Source: Raillietiella orientalis
Lineage: Eukaryota
Assembly (NCBI GenBank): GCA_036172245.1
Contig: JAYWIR010000045.1
Location: 372,001 to 436,000 of the forward strand
Length of the DNA: 64,000 bases
Direction: 5' to 3'
Shown here in pieces: positions 25,803-37,975 of the stretch (positions are counted from its first letter, which is position 1; each line of letters starts with the position of its first letter). The position numbers and the translations under genes were made by a program. The notes under the pieces were generated by a model. The model did not search any database. It was given only the letters and a program-made list of their open reading frames with translations, and was not told where the DNA came from.

Positions 25803-26634
25803 CGAGGTCCATCACAAAAGTAAGGGTCGATCAGATATGAAGAACAAATGAGAGAAACAAAAATGCATTCGTGGTTCGAAACACATACATCCCCGTGTCA
25901 TTTTTCTACGTAGTCACCATTTTTCCCCAAAGACTTTTGATACCACGGAAAAAGCTTTTGAAACCCTCTGCATGGAATTCCGCCGCCTGTTAGAGTTATG
26001 CCAGTTCAGCAACACTGCAGTTTGGAACTCCTCACTTTCCCTCTCTAGTCGTTGAGCCACTTCTTGAGGTGCAGGAAGACGTGATAGTCACTGGACGCAA
26101 GGATAGTCACAGGACAGTAAGGACGGTGACCAAAAAGTTCCTATTTGAATTTCTGAATTCTCTGGAAGGCATGTGTTGCTAAGGCGCGCGTTGTCATGCT
26201 GGAGAACGATTTCTGATCTCAGCATTCCACGTCGTCCGTTCTGAATGGCATGCCGCGGTTTTGAAAGTGTTTCACAGCAGACTTGCGAAGTGATGGTTGT
26301 TCCAGGCTCCATAAAGTCCACCAAAAGCACCCCCTTTTGGTCCCACATACTGTCCAACCAGCACCTCAAGAAGTGGCTTGCATCTCAACGATCGAGGAAA
26401 ATGAGGAGTTGAAAGCTGCAGTGCTGAAAACTGGCTGAACTCCCAGACGGCGGAATTCTATGCAGAGGGTTTCAAAAGTTTCTTCCGCGGTATCAAAAGT
26501 CTTTGGGGAAAAATGGTGACAACGTAGAAAAATGACACGGGGATGTATGTGTTTCGAACCACGAATGCATTTTTGTTTCTCTTATTTGTTCTTTCTTTGT
26601 ATCCGATCGGCCCAGACTTTTGAGATGAGCCTCG
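25803..26634. mobile_element. Mariner-derived fold-back element with ~270-bp inverted arms (25803-26072 / 26361-26634)
   Basis: Minus strand WDQKGVLLVDFMEPGTTIT...LQHDNAR...SSDYHVFLHLKKW (mariner DD34D region). Both arms encode the mariner C-terminus (HLKKW...AEFYAEG...NGDNVEK*). Ends are TA|CGAGG and CCTCG|CA. Confidence 0.9.
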
Positions 26635-27409
26635 CACCGAAGGCTATTGAAGGAGTGTTGATTGACGAGAGGAGTGTTTCTTCTATTCTTTTCCGATATC
26701 AAAGCGCTAAGAAGAAGAAGAAATGCATCCGGAGACTCTGTTCTTCTTTGAGAAAAGCGTACAGAGCTCAACCATATATTTTTCTTTCATAAATTCCACA
26801 AAATGGAAGATTAATTAAATGAAATGATTCCTTCCTTAAATTTCTGAAGCCCTCCTCACACATCCAAAGAGTTTCTTTTCTAGATGCAACGAGGAGAAAA
26901 TCTCTGAAATTCCTCCATTTTTTTTTTCTTTGCGTGAAATCTCAATTCTTGCCTGAAAAGACCACACGGCTTGGTGGCGTCATCGAGTTGTGAGGACGGT
27001 GGAAGCGTCTGCATCGAATCCGCTTGAGCATTCTGATGCTCCGTTATTCATGATACAATTGGTTCATCGGATCCTCACCGTCTCCAATACTCGCGTTCTT
27101 TCCTAGAGGCACCCTTGCTGCCCTCATCCACCTCAGACCAACAAAATTTTGCTTCTCAAACCTTGCGCCCAGTTGTGCGCAAAGCATGGGCAATTCAGGA
27201 TTGCCAGATTGTCAGAAGCTTCGGATCCATTTCATGATTTCGACGGGACGTTCTGGAATCTCCAAAGAATCAGGGAGCTCGAAAGACATAGAGCACCGCG
27301 AGCCCTGAAAATGTCCTAAAGACTTCGCGATAAAGCTTGGCTAGAAGTTGCTTTTGGCAGATGGGAGGATCACACTTCTACCGAGTTGCAGGCCCGCGTG
27401 GGCTGCCCC

Positions 27410-28198
27410 TGGCTGCCGTTTCCGCGAGTGGCACCAAGCTCTGCGGGTTCAAACCCCTCCTCCCCCCTCCCGTAAAGGATCGATGCTGAGAAATGGGTGC
27501 GCGTCGTAGGTTTCGAGTCTCCCTCCCCGGAGGACGACGCTGGCTGGCCTCTTGGCTACGAATAGAGGCACTGGTGAAAGCTGGAAACCCCTCGATCCCC
27601 CGTTATCTGGATGGGATTGAAAGTTGACCTTCCGGGATTCTTCCAGGAATCAAGAAGTTGGTTCCCTTCGAAGCTACCCTATGGTTGTGAAAATGGAACC
27701 ATCTCATCCTTCCTCAGAGGAGGTGACCCACCAACGCGTTCCTTGGAGCTAGCTGACACCTTCCTTGGGTTGCTACTTCAGAGTAGCAAGAAGCGTTCTG
27801 CTTCCTTCCGGGAGCGGGCCATTCAGAGAAATTTGGAAGCGTCCCGTGGTGATTCTCTTCAGAGCAGGAGGAAACAAGGAGCGGTCCCCTTGTGGGTTCC
27901 CTCCGGAATAGAAATTCCAGGAGAGGCACCCTCCGAGGGACCCCTTCGGAAAGAATAAGGAAGAGATTTCCTTGAGGCTGGGTTCTCTTCAGAGACAATC
28001 AGAGCGAGGGTTTTCTTCGGGATTCTCCTCCCAAACGTGAGAGAAGTGACTCCTCCCTCCGGAACCTTCCTGGATTCAGAGGGTGGTTTCCTTCTGGGAT
28101 AACCCCTTCGGGTGGCGTGGGTGGTGTCCAAGAGCTTCGTGGCTCTTGGCCACCGCCCCTTGGCGAACGCCTCTTGAGTACTTAGAGAAACAAAAAAA
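27410..28198 (+). mobile_element. SINE-like repeat family A, copy A3
   Basis: gtggcaccaagctctgcgggttcaaacccc, gatcgatgctgagaaatggg, gtcgtaggtttcgagt, ttcttccaggaatcaag, gattctcttcagagcaggaggaaacaagga and an A-rich end. Confidence 0.6.
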
Positions 28199-28440
28199 GG
28201 CCCTCTTTCCCCTCCCTTCTTCCAAAGAAAGCTAAAAGGATAACATGAAGCAGAAGAACTCAACAGGATCTTCATCACCTTAGGTCTTTCCTCCCCCTCA
28301 AGTGGCAGGAGTTGTAGCTTCTGGTGGTGCAAGGGGAAATGGCGTGCAAAGCGCGTCTTCACCACTGGACCCAGGGAGGAGCGTAGACACTCGAAGTGAG
28401 ACAGTGAAGAAGGAGATCCTCCCGCACCTGCTCTTAGACT

Positions 28441-28988
28441 GTGCTGCCCTCTGACCTCTTTGGGGTCAATCCTCGCGACAATGCTAGGTATCCCGGTGGG
28501 CAGCCTCAGGGACATTTTAGATCCCTCTTCGTGAGCGATGCCCCTCTGCCTCTAGTCACGTCCCTAGCAGTTCTTTGCTGTGTCCGCGGAATTGTGGCAG
28601 CCTGGAACGCGGGAAGAAGAGGCCAGAGTGGCATGGACGTCATCTACTGGGCACGAATCTTCCTGAGGGCTGCCTCGAGATGGCCCCACCTGGGCGTTAT
28701 CTGTACGGAATTTGCCAGCATCCTGAACAGGATATAGAGGATGCCTGGCAGCGTACCGTGATCCCTTCCTCTGTCCTCACCTTCACCGTGTATGATATTC
28801 CCTTTCCTGTTTTGTTTGTTTATTTTTTTGTTCTTGTTTTCCCTTCCTCCACTCTGCCGAAGCGGATCTCACCGGTCTGCACACCTCTCTTCTTCGGCAG
28901 GTTCATTGCGCGTGGTAGAACCAACGATTCTACCACAAAAATGTATTTTTATTAATTAACGTAATAAATGCCCTGGCATAACCGGGTG
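28441..28988 (+). mobile_element. Family B copy B2, 5'-truncated (ORF2 C-terminus plus 3' UTR)
   Basis: LAVLCCVRGIVAAW...MDVIYWARIFLRAASRWPHLG aligns with B1 LATLCCIRGIVEAW...MDFIPYAVRFMDRAAGWPQLG. Same gtgatcccttcc UTR start, AATAAA at 28963-28968, terminal hairpin. Confidence 0.85.
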
Positions 28989-31900
28989 AGAATCACCATA
29001 GGCCAATAGTAATCTTCCTGTTATATTTCCACTGGTCTTTTTTTTTTGAAATAAAAGAAAAAGTTGTAGATGCGCTTTTGGTCCAAAACCTCGTGCTGCT
29101 AAATTTTAAACAGCAGACTCAAGATCCACATGACCAAGGAAAACTGCCACTCCCAGATAGTGCGAAACCAGATCAGGCCCTTCTGCATAATGGAAGACGC
29201 GTAAGAACACAACAGATGAGAAGATGGCGTAAAGACCATCGATTTGCATCCATAGCATGAGAAGGCAGTCAGTTATCGATTCTGGTGCCCCCCATCTCTC
29301 ACTGAGTTCCCTTGAGCTTTCTTGTGCTGCATAAGTTCCTGGATGTCACACTTTTTCCAGTCCTCCAGAACATCTGTAATGAGGTACTCCGTCGTTGAGT
29401 CTCATTAGCTCTCGAACGAGCATCTCAGGTGTTTCCATTTCTTTCGTCTCTCGCCTCTCCCACCCAGAGAGAGGTTTTCTGGTTTGCTGCTTATCCTTGA
29501 ATCAACACCAAACACAGATCACTCTCGGCTGCTCGTTTCCTGTCCCTCTATCTTCTGCTACCGTTTCCTCTACCAAACAGTCGCTTCCTGCCTTCCACAA
29601 ATGCATGTCTTGCAAGACTGTCAAACACCTTTGATATGCACCGCTCTTCCTGCTGAAGCCGAGAATATAACAGTAGAGTAAGCGAAAGCACAAGTGTCGT
29701 GGTTCCAGACGAACGCCGAGGCTGTTTTCTCGCTTCCCTTACGCGTTCACGGAATTTCCTTGTCTACGCCACGCATTCTCCATTCACCCTGGATAATCCA
29801 TCTGAGCATCCCTGAACCTACTGTGGCATCACAAGGGCGACCTCTCGTTTGCAAAAGATTTTAACGGCTCCGAGCAGGCTGCGATGCAAACCTCTTCTTT
29901 CAGGATAGGAGACGTGCTAAGAAGAAACCGAACTCTCCAAGGACGAAGATGAAGAAGCCGAAATCATGCTCCTCTTCCCTCAATCCCTCCTTGTTGCCTC
30001 CTGATGTCATGGGAGGCTTGTCTCCTCCAACTGCTGACGCTCAAGTCCACTGGATTCCCGGGGTGATGGGAGGAGAAAAAAAAAGAGTTCCATCCACGCG
30101 CCTGCTCGTCATGGCAGCTCATGAAGACGTCAAGTTTGGTGCTAAGATCGCGGAAATGTGCTATTCCTCCTCATGGCGTTGTCTCACATACTGAACAGAT
30201 GCAGGAGACACGCTCTGTCCACTGCACTCCACAACGATAATACAGGAGATAATCAGAAAAGCCGCGGTGGATGAAGCGAAATGGACCCTTGTGTCCAGTT
30301 TGAGTTCCAAGAACACATTTCCTCCCAAGACCGGATTTAGTAACAGAAAAAAGAAACCGGGTATTCGTGCTGGACGTCCTCTGTCCATGCGAAAATAAAA
30401 GAGGCGTTCGGCACAGCCAGAAGAAACAAAGAGGAAAAATGCAAGGAGGTAACCCTACAGCCGGGCGGAGAGGGAAAGCAACGCAAGGTACATGCACTCA
30501 TCGCTGGCTCTCTGGGAGCCTGGGATCCAGGAAATGAGGAAGCACTGCAAAATCTAGGAATTCCGAAGAAGCAATTGGTGACAATGAGGCACCGGATGAT
30601 GGCTCAGTGTCACCTCTCTGGGAGCCTGGGAGTCTACTTGCGAGGCTGGATTGGTCGAAGGATTTTCAAGGCACCTTGCCTGAGTTGCCTGGCACCACAT
30701 CAGCTCAAAGAAGATGCGTTGCGAATTCTCCGAGCTCATGGTTGAGTTATCATGGTAGTATGGTTGAGTGTGGTTCAGTTTTCGGACTCACTGCTCAACT
30801 GTTGGGGTGGTTACTTCTCTTTCTGCACCTTTTGACTGCTCTCCGGTGAAAAGCACCAACACCCCTAACCTTTTTAGATTATCACTTGACCACCATGCAC
30901 AGCATCACGGTCGAAATTAAAAAAAGAAGAAATATGGAGGATACTTTCGGGGCACCGACAGCAGTTGCCTTGTGAAAGGCATCCTTCCGGAAGTTGATTT
31001 CTGTATCACCGACCGAGATATTCTCATTCAGCTTAATGATGCACGTCCATCACCTATTTTCCAGATTTCTATCGTGACCGAGAAAATGACGTCAGTCTGT
31101 TTCGACATTTTACTTCTTCGCTGTGCACTTTTTAAAGCTGTTCTCAAGTCGACATTCCTGAAAGCTGCGGAGCGCTGTTGCGCAATGGAACAGATTCGCC
31201 CGCATCCAGCAAGAAAGCTTTTTCATGGCTTTCCCTGTAGAAATTGGATCATGTTAGCGTCTCTCACGTTGGTGGCAATCAGTGCTCAGCAAACAATTTC
31301 CAAAAACCTGAACCATCTAGAGATCCGAATTACCGTGCCTGATTCCTCTTAAGCGATATGTCACTTTCACATTATTTCTAATCGCCTCTTGCTACCTCTA
31401 CCCTAGATTTTCTCCATCTATCCGCAACTTATTTTCTATTTATAGAAACGAGTGTGTGAGGGGGGGAGGGGTAGATATGCGGACGTACACGTAAATGTGC
31501 CTTACATAAAATCCTCAACCCTGTCGTGGTCCAGCCACGAGGAAAGCAGAGTTAGCTCGCCACAATCCCATTTCGCGCGGTCACGTGATCACGGCACGTC
31601 CTCCAGGAGACGAAGGGCATCGAAACCTAGGCTCAGGAGATGTCAAGGCGCAAAACGATTCCTAGGAAACAGTTCCAGTTCGACTCGATGCAAGCGCGCG
31701 CGCGTACACACACAAAAAAGCGAAAGCAACGATGAGAGGGAAAGCGGGTCTGCTAATGGTTTGCTGGTGATATTCAGCGAAAAGAGGTAGCTGCCATTAA
31801 GAACAGTGTGAAACACTGCTCTCCCGCTAATGCGGAATCTTCGATCTAGGAGCTTCGGAGGGAGAAAGCAGACCTTCTGAACCGGGGTTTTCCTGAAGGG

Positions 31901-32534
31901 GAAAGCAGTTTCGACTTGGTGCTCCAGGAAGCCAGGACCTGTGAGGAATGACCTGGCTAGCGAGCAGGCGCTCATAGATGCACAAAAAACTCGTGCACAG
32001 AGCCTTACTCCTTGTCCATAGTGTCCTGGAATTCATATCGACTCTTTTTTCCCTTCAAGATATAATTTTTATTTGATTGTTCGTTTTTTTTTTAAAAAAA
32101 AAAAATCCTTCTTCCTCGCCTTCTTCTTCATGACTGACCTTGGGTCTTCAGTCAGAGACATCAGTCAGGTCCATCCCCTCTGTTTCTCAAAATCCTGTTC
32201 CTTAGCTTGTCTTCTGCTCTATCTTCCTCCGGGAGTTGCTGGCTGCTTGATTCAGAGACTCACTTTCATCCGTCGCAGTTGATCTCACCACGCCGCTTCC
32301 GTAGCCACCACAGTCTCTTTTCTTTCTTTCTTTTTCTTCTATGCGGAGTTTTACCTGTATGGAAACGCGAGAATGAGGCACGATGGAGAGATGGTGGTCT
32401 TTGCAATATCTTTGTTCTTCCTGCACGAGATGGACGTTGCAGGAGAAAAGAGAAGAGTGGAAGGATGTTTGGCAACTGAAAAAGCTGAAAGGCACATGAC
32501 TTGAGACGATCTTCAAGAAGAGTTAAAGATCGAA

Positions 32535-32915
32535 AAAATGGAAGGATTTCTGATTTATATTTAATGTTCGGATGTTGATGAGTTAAATAAAGTGATTGCT
32601 ATGCGTAATAAAGTATGGTTGAATTTTATTTGGAGGTGATATGCTGACAAATTAGCATTTCTAATTATTAATAAGTAAGAGAGCAGGGATAAGCTTGTTT
32701 TTTTTGTAAACGTAAGTAGTAGTGGGGAGTTATGGGCTTAGAGTTTTAATACTAAACTGATGTTGATTTTTAAGGTATTATATAAATGGAATGTAATTAA
32801 TAATAATTTATGTGGAATAATGTTTTCATTAGTAGGAATGTTGAATAAGATTAAGTTGTTAAGTGAGGATATTATAAGGAACTTGGCAAAAATTTGTTTA
32901 AAATGTTCAAGATGC
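32535..32915 (-). pseudogene. Putative NUMT (decayed mitochondrial ND2-like fragment)
   Basis: Abrupt AT-rich island, G/T-skewed on +. Minus-strand codons are mostly A/T-ending. Invertebrate-mito translation KQIFAKFLMMSSLNNL...NENI...INISLVLKL*...PLLLTFTKK...LLSYLLMISNANLSAYHLQMKF follows the ND2 motif order (NQTSLRKILAYSSINHL; LSLGGLPPFLGFLPK; LITLFFYLR). Confidence 0.45.
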
Positions 32916-34699
32916 TCTTCTAGCAAGTGCTGAACTCCAGAGCGCGTTGATCAGGTCGTGCGAAAAAAACATGGAGTTTAAGAAAAGGAGGATGCAGCGA
33001 TTTGGAAGCATTTCTTCGTCCCGAATCGCAGATCGGTAGAAGCAACATGGCTATTTTTTTTTCCAAAAAACTTCTCACTCCAGAGAGGATTACAGATTCT
33101 CGCACCAAAGGCAGGATTACTGGATGGTAGACTCTAGTTCGAAGCTTTGGTTTCTTCTCAGTAAGAAACCGAATTTCTTCTCTTTCGGTTGGGAATTTTC
33201 TCGTCCTTGCTCTCAGGCGCTGACTGCTAACAGCCAAAGATGAGAAGGAGGATGAAGTAAAGCACAACAAGAGTTGAGCATGATCTCCCCTGTTTCTGAA
33301 GGAAGGGATGAGGAAGAGCACGACAGGGGATGCAGGCAGAGGCCGATGCAGTCCCGCGGGAGTTCACGATGGTGATGTCCTGTCAAAAGGATTCTGTGCA
33401 AAGGTTTGATCCCGAAGAACAACTGGTGCTCACCATACTCTTCTATTCAAGCCGGGTGCCGATCAAATTCCAGCATCTGGAATGCGCTCGATAGCACTCT
33501 CACTTGCAAATGCAGGCGGCTTCAGATGCGGTACTCATCCGAGGACTGCCACGGCACGTGGCCGTCAAAGGGGAAGCGGACTTGACATAGCTACGGAAGT
33601 GTTTGGAAGTGGGAGTAGAAGGGCGATCTAGATGTCGGACACTGCGCGTCGGAGAACGCAAAGTCACAGAAAAGAAGAAAATGAAAGTTTCTTTCTTTCC
33701 TTTTTTCCTTTTGTGTCTACTCAAAAAAAATAGATGGAGGCGCGCGGGAAAGCGGGAAGGAGGAGCAATCGATTAATGCGGCTTGAGGTGTTGCGTGGCT
33801 GAAAACAGAGACCTGCGTATGTGTTTAAGTAGAAGACGCGATGTGGTTGGCAGGAAGGAGTTCGATACCGCCGTGCTGCAGCCGGGAGCGATGAGTGAGT
33901 TCAGATCTAGCTCGAATCTAGATCGAATGACTGGAAAGAAGAAGGCTTGAAGGAAAACGTCACCGGAAAGAAGGTGCCGAAAGAGGTAGAAGCGACACGA
34001 TCGAAACCTCAGGGGCGAGATTCCATTGCGATTAAGAGGTGCAAGAGTACGAAGTCCCAAGGCTCCACTCGCGCTTAAGCAGTGGGAAGACGTTTAGCGG
34101 CGCCGAGAGGATCATCAGAATGTTGACGCAAGATTTCTTTCACTCTTTTTATTCCTCGAAATTCGATTCGCCTTGAAATGTGTCAAAAGAAATGGAAACA
34201 AGCGACGACGAGAGAAAAGGAAAGGCCTCTTTTCCCGACGGAAGATTTGCCGCGACGGATGGCAGCGGGAGGTCGCCCACCGCTTCCTTTGCATCGGGAG
34301 ACCAGCAACGAAGACCACGGAGGTGCGACTTCCAGTCGGAGACGATGAAAAAGAGCGCCCTCCATCCATCCTTCAGCCTCCGAGCACATGGAAAGGAGCT
34401 GCGTCCAAGAAAACAGGAAAGCGCCCTTGTCTCAACGGAGGTCCCTCGAACAGACTGGCAGCGGCGGATCCCTGATCACCCTGCCCTCAGGCAGTTGCCT
34501 TAAAAGAGGAACAACAATTGACCAGCCGCCCCCAGCCTGCAGACCACCATGTTCCTTGTGCTTCCTACATGAGCAGACAAGAACGTGCCGGGGTGGGGGA
34601 GGGGACGGAGGACACGGAGCGCTAAGGTGACCGAGGGAACGCCCCTGTGGTTAAGCGACCCACGAGTCGCCTCAGGCGACGGATCGCTTCTCCGTTGCG

Positions 34700-37600
34700 C
34701 TCACCCTGCCGACGGTGGATGTGCGCACTCCTGCCTTGCTGGCATCCCTCCAGAGAGAGACAAATGGTGGTTCTTCTGCTCCAGCAGCATCGAGCGTTGC
34801 GAAGGAGGGTTTCCATCCAGCACGTTCCATTCTTGCCAGGTCGCAAGGAAGACTCTCTTCGCCTCCGGCACCCACTCACTTTTCTATCGTCAGTTCTTCT
34901 TCCCCTTCTTTTCACGATATTTCCCGAGCTCTTCCACATTGCCTTCTTCGTCTCCCACTCCTCGTTCTTTCTCCTCCTCTTTGTTGAAAAAGCAACGCAA
35001 GCTGCGTCGGGTCCCAGCAGGAGGCCTTGGTTCCGCCTTGCAAACTGGAAGGGAATTCTCCAGAAACACAACCCGGTGGGAAAGGTGGCAGTAGCGGGAA
35101 GTCGCCACGGGAAACCGATGCGAAATGGAGGATCCCTGTAGTTGGAGACGCCTGCTCACACAGATCGCTACCGCGGTCAGTGGAGACCTCCCTGCGCATG
35201 CGTCGTTCTGGGGGTGCGCATCCCGGACTGCCAGGAGGTCGTCTCCCGACCGGCAGGCGGTTTCCTCACCGGGTCCGACCTCTGCCGCGGCGGCGCCTCT
35301 TCAGAGGTGTCCCATGACGATCCCTAGTGCTCCATCACGTCTGGCAACGCGGCGGATGCTCCTGGTCTACCGTCCACCTCTCCCCTCAGATTCCGAACGC
35401 TTCCTCGAGATCTTCTGTCTCTCCCGCACGGCTCGCTGCAGGTCATGATCCCTTTCTCCACTTCCCAGCTTGGAGAGGGGACCCGCCCAGGCGAACGGTG
35501 ATTGCTGAGCAGACCTGACGTCACCACTACATGGAGGGCTCAGATAGACATAAAGGGGAGGAGGTCGTGGTCATCATCTTGCTAGAAATGCGCCCGGAAG
35601 GTGACCCAGAGGAGAAGAGAAGATGAGGATTCTGGACTAGGGATACTCCTCCCTCTCGCGCACACCTGACTCGAGAGGGCACTCGAGAGGCCACAGGTTA
35701 CGCACCTAGAGCATGCTACCACGAATAGGAACAGGTGCTCATGCGCACGCGCCCAGGAAGAGTGGACGGAGGGGTCGATGATCCTTGGGGATGCTGCAGC
35801 TCCAAAGGATGGGTTCCCCTGCCCATCCAGAGAGCGCGCTGCAGGATCAGGGGATCAGGGCGCATCAGCGAGCGATGGCGCCAACACTCCTAAGAATCCG
35901 CCAAAGTGGGAGCGCCCATGGACCGCCTCCTCCGGGAACACTCGTTCCCAAGAACCCGCGGGAGAGGCTGGCAGCGCCTTCTGGAGGTGCCTCTTACGTC
36001 AACTGGGAGAATCTGCAGCTTCCTCCTCTCTCTCGTCACGTCCGTGGGAGGAGGAGGAAAGCAGGATCCCTCGACCTGGAGAGGTGCAGGGTGCAGGGCT
36101 CTCCCATTGCCGTGGTCCCCGACGGAAACTTCATGAGGCAGATGGAACTGAGGGCACGCACCAGCGGTCTTGCTGCTGTCTCCACGCCGCCCTGGTCCAG
36201 AAGAAGACCCGAGGAGAGGAAAGGGGGATACCCTCCAGGAGCCCTTCAGGATCTCTGAGCCTAAACGGATCCCCCTCCTTCCACCTCATCCTCTTTTTTT
36301 ACCCGACTTTTCGCACCTTCACCCTGGAATCTTGGAGCGGAGGAGGGCAAAACGGGGTGGGACGGGAGGAACAAGATGGGAGCGGGAGAGCACTTAGAGG
36401 AAGGGAAGGCAGAGAACGGAGGAGCTAAGCCAGAAGCGCCTAAAACGCCTAAAATGAGAGCACCCCACCACCACCACAAGTTGAATTCTCCCCTTCTTCC
36501 CCTACGAGGCGAAGCAGAGGGCTCAGTGCCTGCTGAAGAACGCTCTCTGGGGGCCCGTGAGGTCCAGGATCCGCCTCAAAGATTTGGCAGCTCTGCGGCG
36601 GGATGCTGGCTTGGGCATCCTGACGCAAAAGAGGACCATACTGCAGGTGCAGTTCCGAATGCACTCTTTGCCAAGCTGTGGAATTCCCCGATGTGTGCGC
36701 CTGCGTGTATCCTCCTGCGGAGATGCGCCTGCAGCGAAGGACTGCTCTCGCTGGTTCCGGGAACTCGATACAGGACGCAGGGATCCGGCTTCCCCCTGAG
36801 GCAACTGGCCTCACTTCTGGAGCCCCATGCGTGGATCTTCTGCCTCCCAATAAACTTAAACGCTTGGCGGTAGGAGGCTGTTGAGTCCTGAGCTGCGTTT
36901 CAGGGAATGCGCCCTGAAGATCTTCGCCTCCTGCGACATCTGCTGCCACAACCGCTGGAAGTGATGATGCAGGACGCAAAGTAGTTTTCCACCCTGACCG
37001 CCCCACCCGTCGCCGCAGCGTTTTCTGCCCTCATGGCAAGAGATGATAGCAGCCTACCGGTACGGTGGGAGTTTTCCTGCACCATCTCGGGAAAAACGAG
37101 ACCTCTCGGCAGCTGGACGACGAGTGAGCTGGTGGATGCTCCCACTCCGCGTTCTGTGGAGACGGGACTTCTTCGGTTGAGCAAACTTTCGAGTGCAGCC
37201 CCCGAAGAACTTATGGTCTTTCTTCATTGTGTAGACGGTTCGTTGTTCCCCTCTGCTGGAAACAGGCCGTAGTGTTCTTCATTCACTGGAGATATTTCAG
37301 TGCAACGAGAGACGGTATCGAGTTTCCGGAGGGGTAGCATTTCCGAACTGTAGCCGCACCTGCTCTTGGACTGTGGTGCCCTCCAAGAACTATGGCAGAG
37401 CTCGTAACAGCACTTCCGCACTAGGAGGACACCGCCCGAGACGTGCTGGGACGGTTCTTAGCCTCGAGAGGCCTCTCGACAGGCGTGGTGATCGCAACCA
37501 CGGGTTGCATCTGTGCCATCGTTGGGACCCGACAGGTGCTTCAAATCACCACACAGAGAACGGAAGTCACCAGGATGCCAGCCATCTACATCAGGACGAC

Positions 37601-37975
37601 TGTGAGGAAATCAAGGAGGACACTGGTATCCACTGACGGTTGATAGACGGTTTGGAACGGCGGACCCGGTGATCTTTGTCCCCTCTCTCCTTTTATTCTT
37701 TTTTCTTATCCCCCCGTCCCCAGTCGCTCGGTAACTTTCTTGGTGCTTCTTTTTTTTTATTCCGGTGCACGCAAAGAGCAACCAAAGACCCCTGTCCCTT
37801 CCCAGCCACTTTGTTTTTTTTTGTTGTCCCCTTGTCCCTCCCCCATTCCAGACTTTGGGTTTTGCCGGCCTGCGTGCCGGTGGACCCTCTCCTTTGTTTG
37901 TTAGTGTCTTCGGCTGGGCATCGTAGTGTTCCCAACTGATTTATTTTTAATAAACGCCCCGGCATGACCGGGGTG
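34700..37975 (+). mobile_element. Family B copy B3 (ORF1, APE remnant, post-RT region, zf-RVT, 3' UTR)
   Basis: LKDLAALRRDAGLGIL and AKLWNSPMCAPACIL match B1 LKDLWAPRRDSGLSLL/AKLWSTPWCVPARIL. PHLLLDCGALQELW matches PHLIVDCPSLWPLW. ORF1-like GFLTG...TIPS...VYRP...IFC...GHDP; APE-like IAVVPDGNF. AATAAA at 37949-37954 plus hairpin. Confidence 0.8.

Noticed and set aside
29100..30400. Possible decayed secreted-protein gene on - (signal-like and Cys-containing peptides)
   Set aside because: Fragments are too short and interrupted to assign.
31570..31710. Promoter (GTCACGTGAT E-box, CG run)
   Set aside because: Short motifs with no associated gene.
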